Assembly: GCA_040954595.2 (NCBI GenBank)
Contig: CM082598.2
Coordinates: 6,091,097 to 6,155,096, forward strand
Reading direction: 5' to 3'
Origin: Balanoglossus misakiensis
Taxonomy: Eukaryota; Animalia; Hemichordata
DNA: 64,000 nt
A program made the translations under genes and the position numbers. Shown here in pieces: positions 52,945 to 64,000 of this stretch; positions within the stretch are counted from its first letter, which is position 1, and every line of letters begins with the position of its first letter. The notes under the pieces were generated by a model. The model worked only from the letters and a program-made list of their open reading frames with translations. It was not told the origin of the DNA and made no database searches.

Positions 52945-54897
52945 ACCCGTAAACGCAATAGAACAAGCGGTATTTAATCTGTAAGACCCATAGTAAATTG
53001 CTTCTGATATGTACCTGTACATACCAAGCTGAACTTACAGCATGTCAATAAACTTCAAACTAAACCATCTGAACATAAAAAAACAACAAAACCTAGATAA
53101 TAGTCCCAGAAACCTCATAAATAAAAGGTCAACCTTATGACTTTTACAGTGGTCTTGTGTGGGCAGGGATGTCATTTACACTTCTTTACTTAGTACATGA
53201 GTCAGTGTGAACGCACTGATGTTAATAACAATTCAATCGATGTTTGCTAATATGAACAGTAGTAAATAGTTAAGTTTTAATACAATAAGTATGAATGAAC
53301 TTGAGCGGTGCTGATTACAATTACGCTCTGGACACTGGTACACATGGAGTCTCACTGACTCCAACATGTAATCAGATGCAGGTGAAGGCCATTCTTTATT
53401 GATACGAGCAATAAAATTGACCAACAGTTTTATGACAACTGGTGACTGTTTGCCTAAAATGTTTGCCAACGTAGTTATTATACTGCCGTTCTTATGAGTG
53501 CGTGTGTTGTGGGTCATGTGTCAATTGCCATTCTTCAAACATGTCTAACCTCACAAATTCTATCGAATTGAGAGCCTGTTCAGTTACACCTTTGTTCTGA
53601 ATTTTATCGCCCCATTTGTTTTTCTAATATCTCAAAATTCCGGAGATGCCCCTCCCCCGCGACGTCAATATATTACAACACATATATGCACAAAAGAATG
53701 GACAGTTTGCATTACAAGACAGCTAATATATTTTATACTTGTATTTTATAGAGAAGAAAAGAACGTCAGACTTAAACTTTATATGCTTACAATTTACTGC
53801 AGGGGTATATTGTGTGTGTAAAGATAAATGATGATGTTGGCTGGCAAAAGAAAATTCTCAGTTAAAATTCTGAACATCTACAACATTATTGCAATGAACG
53901 ATCATTGCAATTGATGAACGTGTTTGCTTTATTTTTGTTTTAAAAGAACAAGTTCACAGTGCATCGCAACACTTTTGTTTACGTTGCAAAGTGGTGGATT
54001 CTCACAGAAAGTTCCAGTAATGTTCCATAATCTATCGAGTGCAATTTCTTTGCACCATTACCCCGCATCATTCAAAACAACTTCTGTATGGCAGAGATCG
54101 CGCGCAGAGGTCACAGAGTTTTGGTATTATTGCATATTTTATCACAGATTTGACAAAAATCGAAGTTTCGATCGCGGCGTATTGATTTTCAACATAGTGA
54201 TGTGCCAGAGACTATGCGACCATTGTTATGCAAAGTAGGGTCATGTCGGGTCATTTCATGAGTGGTGCAGCAAAGGTCTCGAGATCGCATTGGTAAATTT
54301 TGAAAACTTTGGCGATAACGAGAGATGTTCGTAATTTTTTCGAGGTTCCAAAACATACTGACAACCAAATGTTCTGTTACTCTGACAAAAGTTGGGAAAT
54401 GGAGTAAAAGGACGTGCCATAATCGGAGAATAGTTTACGCCAATGTGTTGAATGCAAAAAGCCGTATGAATTCTAGCTCATGATAATCCTCACTTTATCG
54501 CGATCTGGTTGAGAAATGTTTGTATGCGACAGTACTTAATTGCGTGTTTTACGGGTGGAGTATTTCTCTACCAACTAAACAAACATTCTGTGCTATATAT
54601 TGAGTGGTTTTGGTATGCCCTAAAGCCAATACAATGAATAGAACATGTATTTAATCTTTAAGACCCAAATTAAATTTCTTTTGATTACAAACTGAATAGA
54701 TTGTATGTTAGACAATAATTCCAAAACAAACCAACGGATCGGAATATCTACAACAACAATTCTTGATGTACATATAGTCCCAAACAACCCAGCTGGAAGG
54801 TCGAATTTATGAATACATTTTGTCCATGTATTGGCACAAATATCCTTCATACTCCTATACTTCGTACCACTGAGAGAGCGCTGATAACAGCAATAAA
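52945..54897 (+). repeat. Second copy of the degenerate repeat (homologous to ~47200-49690, lacking ~48315-48842)
   Basis: Collinear blocks, e.g. ggtacacatggagtctcactgactccaacatgtaatcagatgcaggtgaaggccattc at ~47590 and ~53337; junction tttgcaccatta|ccccgcatcattc at ~54060. Confidence 0.9.
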
Positions 54898-54900
54898 ATC

Positions 54901-57900
54901 ATTAAAGCTGCAAGCAGCATTGTCCGGGCCCAAGCTCTATTATCTGATCAGATTATTAGATATGCACATAATTAATGAGTAGAAACATAATGCTGTGTTT
55001 TATCCCATGAAATATCAAGGTTATATCTATGCTTGGTGTTGATATAGTGTTAAGTAGGTCAAAGGTTACCCAGAGATCACCCACAATTTGTGCAGAAAAT
55101 TGTGACCCATAGTGGTCCATGTCCAACAAAAACCAGATCTCTAGCCCTTTTGGTTAGCCCAGAATTAGGTATACACATAAATAATGAGTTAAGCAGGTGT
55201 CACAGGTGACCCAAAACTTTGGCTTTTCATTATGGCCCCATACCTCCAAACGCCAAGGCTGTATCTGCTGTGGATGTCAAGATATGCAAAAGTAGGTCAA
55301 AGGTCACCCAAGGTCACCCAACATTTGGGCAAAATAGTTTTACCCCATACTGATCCATGTATAACAAAAACAAAACCTCTAGGTCTATTGGTTCACCTGT
55401 AATTAGGTATGTGCATATTTAATGAGGTCAGCAGAGGTCAAAGGGGTCATGAAAAGTAGCAACATTTTTTGATCACATACAAATCCACATACATCAAAAA
55501 CCAAACTTATAGCCCTATTGGTTAGCCTGGAATTAGATATGCAGAAAAATGATGCGTCAAAAGTAGGTCAAAGGTCATTGCCAAAATTACCAAAATATTT
55601 ATAGCTTATTATTGGCATATGATGATTCATATCCATAAAAAGAATTTCTGTGCTATCAATTTTTAGGCTAGAAAGGGAATTTTTTCTTTTTAATCGTTTT
55701 TCACAAAATCCAATATGGCCGCCATAATCTTCGACCAATCACAATCCCCTTTGCAAACTTGTTAGACATCTGTTTAATGACCACACACACCAAATCTTGT
55801 GACTCGGTTATCGCCGGTTCTTGAGAAGAAGATTTTTGAAATTTTACTAGGGTTTTTCGAAAATCCAATATGGCCACCGTAATCTTCGACCAATCATAAT
55901 GATCTTCGCAAACTTGATAGACATCAGTTAGGTGACCACATACCCCAAACCCCGTGTCTCGGTTATCACCGGTTCTGGAGAAGAAGATTTTTGAAATTTA
56001 AGCCAGATTTTAGAAAAAAAATTGTAGCAAAAAAACTGCAACTTTGTCAGCATAATTTCCTATTACAAAAATGATTGACAGAAGGTAGTCTACCTGCACG
56101 CCAAATTTGAAGTCGATCTGACTTGTAGTTTCTGAGATCTGAGATTTGCATTTTTTCAGAAAATCCAATATGGCCGCCAGGTCACGTGACTAATTAAACA
56201 TTCATGGGTTCAATGCGCGACTACTCATTGACCTTGACCACTGTAGCAAGTTTGAAAACTGTACCTGCAGTGGTGTCTGAGATCTAGAGCGACAAAGAAT
56301 TGACATAAGAATAAAGAAAGAAAGAAAGAAAGAAAGAATTAAAGCTGCAAGCAGCATTGTCCGCGCCCAAGCTCTATTATCTGATCTGATATTAGATATG
56401 CACATAATTAATGAGTAGAAACATAATGCTCTGTTTTATCCCATGAAATATCAAGGTTATATCTATGTTTGGTGTTGATATAGTGTTAAGTAGGTCAAAG
56501 GTCACCCAGGGGTCACCCACAATTTGGGCAGAAAATTTTGACCCATAGTGGTCCATGTCCAACAAAAACCAGACCTCTAGCCCTTTTGGTTAACCCGGAA
56601 TTAGGTATGCACATAAATAATGAGTTAAGCAGGTGTCACAGGTGACCCAAAACTTTGGCTTTTCATTATGGCCCCATACCTCCAAACGCCAAGGTTGTAT
56701 CTGCTGTGGATGTCGAGATATGCAAAAGTAGGTCAAAGGTCACCCGAGGTCACCCAACATTTGGGCAAAATATTTTGACCCGATACTGGTCCATGTATAA
56801 CAAAAACAAAATCTCTAGGTCTATCGGTTCATCTGTAATTAGGTATGTGCATATTTAATGACGTCACCAGAGGTCAAAGGGGTCATGAAAAGTAGCAAAA
56901 TTTTTTGATCACATACAAATCCACATACATCAAAAACCAAACTTATAGCCCTATTGGTTAGCCTGGAATTAGATATGCAGAAAAATGATGCGTCAAAAGT
57001 AGGTCAAAGGTCATTGCCAAAATTACCAAAATATTTATAGCTTATTATTGGCATATGATGATTCATATCCATAAAAAGAATTTCTGTGCTATCAATTTTT
57101 AGGCTAGAAAGGGAATTTTTTCTTTTTAATCGTTTTTCACAAAATCCAATATGGCCGCCATAATCTTCGACCAATCACAATCCCCTTTGCAAACTTGTTA
57201 GACATCTGTTTAATGACCACACACACCAAATCTTGTGACTCGGTTATCGCCGGTTCTTGAGAAGAAGATTTTTGAAATTTTACTAGGGTTTTTCGAAAAT
57301 CCAATATGGCCACCGTAATCTTCGACCAATCATAATGATCTTCGCAAACTTGATAGACATCAGTTAGGTGACCACATACCCCAAACCCCGTGTCTCGGTT
57401 ATCACCGGTTCTGGAGAAGAAGATTTTTGAAATTTAAGCCAGATTTTAGAAAAAAAATTGTAGCAAAAAAACTGCAACTTTGTCAGCATAATTTCCTATT
57501 ACAAAAATGATTGACAGAAGGTAGTCTACCTGCACGCCAAATTTGAAGTCGATCTGACTTGTAGTTTCTGAGATCTGAGATTTGCATTTTTTCAGAAAAT
57601 CCAATATGGCCGCCAGGTCACGTGACTAATTAAAAATTCATGGGTTCAATGCGCGACTACTCATTGACCTTGACCACTGTAGCAAGTTTGAAAACTGTAC
57701 CTGCAGTGGTGTCTGAGATCTAGAGCGACAAAGAATTGACATAAGAATAAAGAAAGAAAGAAAGAAAGAAAGAATTAAAGCTGCAAGCAGCATTGTCCGG
57801 GCCCAAGCTCTATTATCTGATCTGATTATTAGATATGCACATAATTAATGAGTAGAAACATAATGCTGTGTTTTATCCCATGAAATATCAAGATTATATC

Positions 57901-60900
57901 TATGTTTAGTGCTGATATAGTGTTAAGTAGGTCAGAGGTCACCCACAGTTTGTGCAGAAAATTTTGACCCATAGTGGTCCATGTCCAACAAAAACCAGAC
58001 CTCTAACCCTTTTGGTTAGCCCGGAATTAGGTATGCACATAAATAATGAGTTAAGCAGGTGTCACAGGTGACCCAAAACTTTGGCTTTTCATTATGGCCC
58101 CATACCTCCAAACGCCAAGGCTGTATCTGCTGTGGATGCTGAGATTTGCGAAATTAGGTCAAAGGTCACCAGAGGTCACCCAAAATTTGGGTAAAAAATT
58201 TTGACCCTATACTTGTCCTGTCCAACAAAAACAAAACCTCTAGGTCTATTGGTTCACCTGTAATTAGGTATGCGCATATTTAATGAGGTCAGCAGAGGTC
58301 AAAGGGGTCATGAAAAGTACCAAAATTTTTTGATCACATACAAATCCACATACATCAAAAACCAAACTTATAGCCCTATTGGTTAGCCTGGAATTAGATA
58401 TGCAGAAAATTGATGCGTCAAAAGTAGGTCAAAGGTCATTGCCAAAATTACCAAAATATTTATAGCTTATTCTTGTTATATGATGATTCATATCCATAAA
58501 AAGAATTTCTGTGCTATCAATTTTTAGGCTAGAAAGGGAATTTTTACTTTTTAATCGTTTTTAAGAAAATCCAATATGGCCGCCATAATCTTCGACCAAT
58601 CACATTCCTCTTCGCAAACTTGATAGACATCTGTTGAATGACCACACACACAAAATCTTGTGACTCGGTTATCGCCGGTTCTTGAGAAGAAGATTTTTGA
58701 AATTTTACTAGGGTTTTTCGAAAATCCAATATGGCCGCCATAATCTTCGACCAATCACAATGATCTTCGCAAACTTGATAGACATCAGTTAGGTGACCAC
58801 ATACCCCAAATCCCATGTCTCGGTTATCACCGGTTCTGGAGAAGAAGATTTTTGAAATTCAAGCCAGATTTCAGAAAAAAAATTGTAGCAAAAAAACTGC
58901 AACATTGACAGCATAATTTCCAATTACAAAAATGTTTGACAGAAGGTAGTCTACCTGCACGCCAAATTTGAAGTCGATCTGACTTGTAGTTTCTGAGATC
59001 TGAGATTTGCATTTTTTCAGAAAATCCAAGATGGCCGCCAGATCATGTGACTAATTAAAAATTCATGGGTTCAATGCACGACTACTCATTGACCTTGACC
59101 ACTGTAGCAAGTTTGAGAACTGTACCTGCAGTGGTGTCTGAGATCTAGAGCGACAAAGAAATGACAGAAGAATAAAGAAAGAAAGAAAGAAAGAAAGAAA
59201 GAAAAACCCCAACGAAACCAATAGGGCCCAAGCGCTGGTATGCGCTTGGGCCCTAATTAAAGCTGCAAGCAGCATTGTCCGCGACCAAGCTCTATTATCT
59301 GATCTGATATTAGATATGCACATAATTAATGAGTAGAAACATAATGCTCTGTTTTATCCCATGAAATATCAAGGTTATATCTATGTTTGGTGTTGATATA
59401 GTGTTAAGTAGGTCAAAGGTCACCCAGGGGTCACCCACAATTTGGGCAGAAAATTTTGACCCATAGTGGTCCATGTCCAACAAAAACCAGACCTCTAGCC
59501 CTTTTGGTTAACCCGGAATTAGGTATGCACATAAATAATGAGTTAAGCAGGTGTCACAGGTGACCCAAAACTTTGGCTTTTCATTATGGCCCCATACCTC
59601 CAAACGCCAAGGTTGTATCTGCTGTGGATGTCGAGATATGCAAAAGTAGGTCAAAGGTCACACGAGGTCACCCAACATTTGGGCAAAATATTTTGACCCC
59701 ATACTGGTCCATGTATAACAAAAACAAAACCTCTAGGTCTATTGGTTCATCATTAATTAGGTATGCGCATATTTAATGAGGTCACCAGAGGTCAAAGGGG
59801 TCATGAAAAGTAGCAAAATTTTTTGATCACATACAAATCCACATACATCAAAAACCAAACTTATAGCCCTATTGGTTAGCCTGGAATTAGATATGCAGAA
59901 AAATGATGCGTCAAAAGTAGGTCAAAGGTCATTGCCAAAATTACCAAAATATTTATAGCTTATTCTTGTCATATGATGATTCATATCCATAAAAAGAATT
60001 TCTGTGCTATCAATTTTTAGGCTAGAAAAGGAATTTTTACTTTTTAATCATTTTTCACAAAATCCAATATGTCCGCCATAATCTTCGACCAATCACATTC
60101 CTCTTCGCAAACTTGATAGACATCTGTTTAATGACCACACACACCAAATCTTGTGACTCGGTTATCGCCCGTTCTGGAGAAGAAGATTTTTGAAGTTTTA
60201 CTATGGTTTTTCGAAAATCCAATATGGCCGCCACAATCTTCGACCAATCACAATGATCTTCGCAAACTTGATAGACATCAGTTAGGTGACCACATACCCC
60301 AAACCGCGTGACTCAGTTATCACAGCAAAAAAACTGCAACATTTACAGCAAAATATCCAATTACAAAAATGATGAGTAGAAGGTAGACTACCTGCACACC
60401 AAATTTGAAGTCGATCTGACTTGTAGTTTCTGAGATCTGAGATTTGCATTTTTTCAGAAAATCCAATATGGCCGCCAGGTCACGTGACTAATTAAAAATT
60501 CAAGGGTTCAATGCACGACTACTCATTTACCTTGACCACTGTAGCAAGTTTCAGAAGTTTACCTGCAGCGGTGTCTGAGATCTAGAGCGACAAAGAATTG
60601 ACAGAAGAATAAAGAAAGAAAGAAAGAAAGACAGATTAAAGCTGCAAGCAGCATTGTCCGGGCCCAAGCTCTATTATCTGATCTGATTATTAGATATGCA
60701 CATAATTAATGAGTAGAAACATAATGCTGTGTTTTATCCCATGAAATATCAAGGTTATATCTATGTTTGGTGTTGATATAGTGTTAAGCAGGTCAAAGGT
60801 CACCCAGAGGTCACCCACAATTTGGGCAGAAAATTGTGACCCATAGTGGTCTATGTTCAACAAAAGCAGACCTCTATCCCTTTTGGTTAGCCCGGAATTA

Positions 60901-62776
60901 GGTATGCACATAAATAATGCGTAAAGCAGGTGTCACAGGTGACCCAAAACTTTGGCTTTTCATTATGGTCCCATACCTCCAAATGCCAAGGCTGTACCTG
61001 CTTTGGATGCCGAGATATGCAAAAGTAGGTCAAAGGTCATATGAGGTCATCCAAAATTTGGGCAGAAAATTTTGACCCATAGTGGTCCATGTCCAACAAA
61101 AACCAGACATCCAGCCCTTTTGGTTAGCCTGGAATTAGGTATGCACATAATTAATGAGTTAAGCAGGTGTCACAGGTGACCCAAAACTTTGGCTTTTCAT
61201 TATGGCCCCATACCTCCAAACGCCAAGGCTGTATCTGCTGTGGATGTCAAGATATGCAAAAGTAGGTCAAAGGTCACCCGAGGTCACCCAACATTTGGGC
61301 AAAATATTTTGACCCGATACTGGTCCATGTATAACAAAAACAAAATCTCTAGGTCTATCGGTTCATCTGTAATTAGGTATGTGCATATTTAATGACGTCA
61401 GCAGAGGTCAAAGGGGTCATGAAAAGTAGCAACATTTTTTGATCACATACAAATCCACATACATCAAAAACCAAACTTATAGCCCTATTGGTTAGCCTGG
61501 AATTAGATATGCAAAAAAATGATGCGTCAAAAGTAGGTCAAAGGTCATTGCCAAAATTACCAAAATATTTATAGCTTATTCTTGTCATATGATGATTCAT
61601 ATCCATAAAAAGAATTTCTGTGCTATCAATTTTTAGGCTAGAAAGGGAATTTTTACTTTTTAATCGTTTTTCACAAAATCCAATATGGCCGCCATAATCT
61701 TCGACCAATCACAATGCTCTTTGCAAACTTGATAGACATCAGTATAGTGACCATACTGCCCAAATCTTGTGACTCACTTATCGCCGGTTCTTGAGAAGAA
61801 GATTTTTGAAGTTTTACTATGGTTTTTCGAAAATCCAATATGGCCGCCATAATCTTCGACCAATCACAATGATCTTCGCAAACTTGATAGACCTCAGTTT
61901 GGTGACCACATACCCCAAACCCAGTGTCTCGGTTATCACCGGTTCTGGAGAAGAAGATTTTTGAAATTTAAGCCAGATTTCAGAAAAAAAATTGTAGCAA
62001 AAAAACTGCAACTTTGTCAGCATAATTTCCAATTACAAAAATGATGGGCAGAAGGTAGTCTACCTGCACGCCAAATTTGAAGTCGATCTGAGTTGTAGTT
62101 TCTGAGATCTGAGATTTGCATATTTTCAGAAAATCCAAGATGGCTGCCAGGTCATGTGACTAATTAGAAATTCAAGGGTTCAATGCACGACTACTCATTG
62201 ACCTTGACCACTGTTGCAAGTTTCAGAAGTGTACCTGCAGTGGTGTCTGAGATCTAGAGCGACAAAGAATTGACACAAGAATAAAGAAAGAAAGAAAGAA
62301 GAAAGATTAAAGCTGCAAGCAGCATTGTCGGGCCCAAGCGCTGATCTTTAATTATATATGCACAGTATGAATGAGAAAAAACAGAATTTTCTATCGTATG
62401 TATTATCTGATGACATAACAAGGATGTGTGTAGTTTTGCTGCTGAAATAGGGTGAAGTAGGTCAAAGGTCACCAGAGGTCACGCAACATTTGGGCAAAAA
62501 ATGTTGATCCCATACTGGTCCATGTCCAACAAAAAACAAAACTCTAGCTCTATTGGTTCGCCTGTAATTAGGTATGTGCATATTTAATGAGGTCAGCAGG
62601 TGTCACAGGTGACCCAAAAATGTGGCTTTAAATTATGGTCCCATCCTACCAAATGCCATGGCTGTATCTGCTCTGGATGCTGAGATATGCGAAAGTAGGT
62701 CAAAGGTCACCAGAGGTCACCCAACATTTGGGCAAAAAATTTTGATCCCATACTGGTCCATGTCCAACAAAAACCA
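54901..62776 (+). mobile_element. Head-to-tail array of non-autonomous Helentron/Helitron2-like elements, ~1.44-kb unit (starts 54901, 56338, 57774, 59256, 60635, 62306; last copy divergent and truncated)
   Basis: Each unit starts ATTAAAGCTGCAAGCAGCATTGTC, followed by a GGGCCCAAGC-like motif, and ends in (GAAA)n. One unit keeps a 14-bp-stem hairpin (59222-59255) containing the complement GCTTGGGCCC. No TSDs. Asymmetric subterminal IR + 3' hairpin + microsatellite is the Helentron-associated (HINE/DINE-1) layout. Confidence 0.75.
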
Positions 62777-62859
62777 TAGACAGTGGAGAAAAGACGGACG
62801 TGCTACTAGTGCATTTCTTTTGTAGTAACGTCTGTTGTAATCCCTTTTAATCCACCAAA

Positions 62860-63041
62860 CAATAGACAAACTCATCATCACCTCTTTATCGCCGTCTGGC
62901 GATAAAACCTCGCATAATATCGCAAAACGCGAGAGTTACCACGAGAAAAAGCGTAATATTTCGTGCTACGCGAGACGTTATTTGGCGAGATTCGGGTCAC
63001 AGGTCATAAGTTGTTTACAAGCGGCTCGCAGCACATACACA
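62860..63041 (+). promoter_or_regulatory. CpG-rich putative promoter/5'UTR of the zinc-finger gene
   Basis: Dense CpG, repeated (C)GCGAGA motifs, palindrome TTTATCGCC-gtct-GGCGATAAA at 62885-62906, directly upstream of the ATG. Confidence 0.5.
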
Positions 63042-63339
63042 ATGGCTTCCGTCCAAACCGATAGCGAATTTGTTGCCGTTTTTACTGATTCCGAATACAG
63101 CGATTTCGATTATTCAGGGAGCGAGACTAGCGACGACGATGATACATCGCCACTTACCGACGACGAGTTACAAGAAGGCATGCAGCAAGCTCCTAAACGT
63201 CGAGACTTGAGCTATCTTGATCGATACATCGTTTGCGTCGGTGGTGATACAAAAACTATCAAATGTGACGTTTGTGACAAAACTTTCAACAGAAAGCAGA
63301 GTTGCAAGCAGCATTTGATAAATGGCCATGGGCTAGTCG
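63042..63339 (+). CDS. First coding exon of a C2H2 zinc-finger protein with an acidic N-terminus
   Basis: ACAATGG start context; SETSDDDD acidic tract; IKCDVCDKTFNRKQSCKQHLINGH finger; phase-1 donor G|gtaagt at 63340. Confidence 0.75.
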
Positions 63340-63944
63340 GTAAGTTTTACTGCTATTTTGTTGATCGAAATGTGGAGCAAGGCGTTGGTCACAAGCTGAA
63401 ACTACACCGCCTGGTACCTGTACATTTTTACTGTCTATGATTTTTAAAGACATCCCATAATCATAATGATCGTCGCCAAGCATGGATATGAATGAAGAAT
63501 GTTTTTCAAGGCCAAAAATGTCATGCGAAAAAAATGAGCAACATATGGGCTGCACAGATAAACAGATTGTTATGAATATGGGCAAAGCAGACTAATGGGT
63601 CCCCTTCAAGTTAATGGTAGCAATTTCCCTTGGTAGTTTACATTGTCTAAGCTGATCAGGATCAGACATACAACTGTGCCACAAGTTTTCTAACAACTAA
63701 CTAAAATGAAAAACTGGAAATACAAGTAAAGAAAGATATGCTATATTATGTTAAAATGAAATAAAAGTGTTATGAGTAAAACACTTCAGACATATTTCAA
63801 AATACCATAGACACTAGGCAGCCATTGATTATTACTGTTGATGCCAGAAACATTTCTCTGTATTTTCCCTCCATTATCAACATTTTATTATTATTCTATC
63901 CCTGTCGTGCTCACAACTCATTATTGATCATTTTTCCTTTCCAG

Positions 63945-64000
63945 GACCAGACATGGTGAAAAGAACAGACTGTGATCCAAAGAAAAACGTTTTGAAAGGA
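63945..64000 (+). CDS. Second coding exon of the zinc-finger gene (runs off the window)
   Basis: Pyrimidine tract tttttcctttccag, then a phase-compatible open frame GPDMVKRTDCDPKKNVLKG. Confidence 0.6.

Noticed and set aside
50545-53017. 47-bp direct repeats as a TSD of the 2.35-kb interruption
   Set aside because: Similarity extends ~70 bp with mismatches and is part of the surrounding repeat family; too long and diverged for a TSD.
56202-62825. Recurrent 60-90 aa ORFs in the 1.44-kb units
   Set aside because: Not preserved between units, mostly non-ATG starts, no Rep or helicase motifs.

Overview
AT-rich, intron-containing animal DNA that is almost all repeat and transposon material; the repeat types suggest a marine invertebrate (inference). 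From left to right: (1) 1.2-4.3 kb, a frameshifted spliced gene for a SWIM/CxC cysteine-cluster protein of the KDZ-transposase/HMGXB3-like type, with a TTAA-flanked Kolobok-like MITE in one intron. (2) At 4288 this gene is cut by a cassette that starts with CACTGCG and holds an intact 204-aa ORF (+) facing a decayed DDE transposase (-) whose motif order follows RAG1/Transib, a ProtoRAG-like tail-to-tail layout with a non-RAG2 partner. (3) 8985-39345, about 56 copies of a ~523-bp satellite with higher-order repeats, a Pol III-like A/B-box + hairpin + T-run module and a 25-bp palindrome in each monomer, and a young 5'-truncated L2-type LINE with a 7-bp TSD. (4) 39-55 kb, MITEs, an element with interleaved inverted repeats and a degenerate multi-kb duplication. 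(5) 54.9-62.8 kb, a head-to-tail array of ~1.44-kb Helentron-like elements. (6) 63.0 kb to the end, the first two coding exons of a C2H2 zinc-finger gene. Family assignments come from reading motifs by eye; no database search was run.
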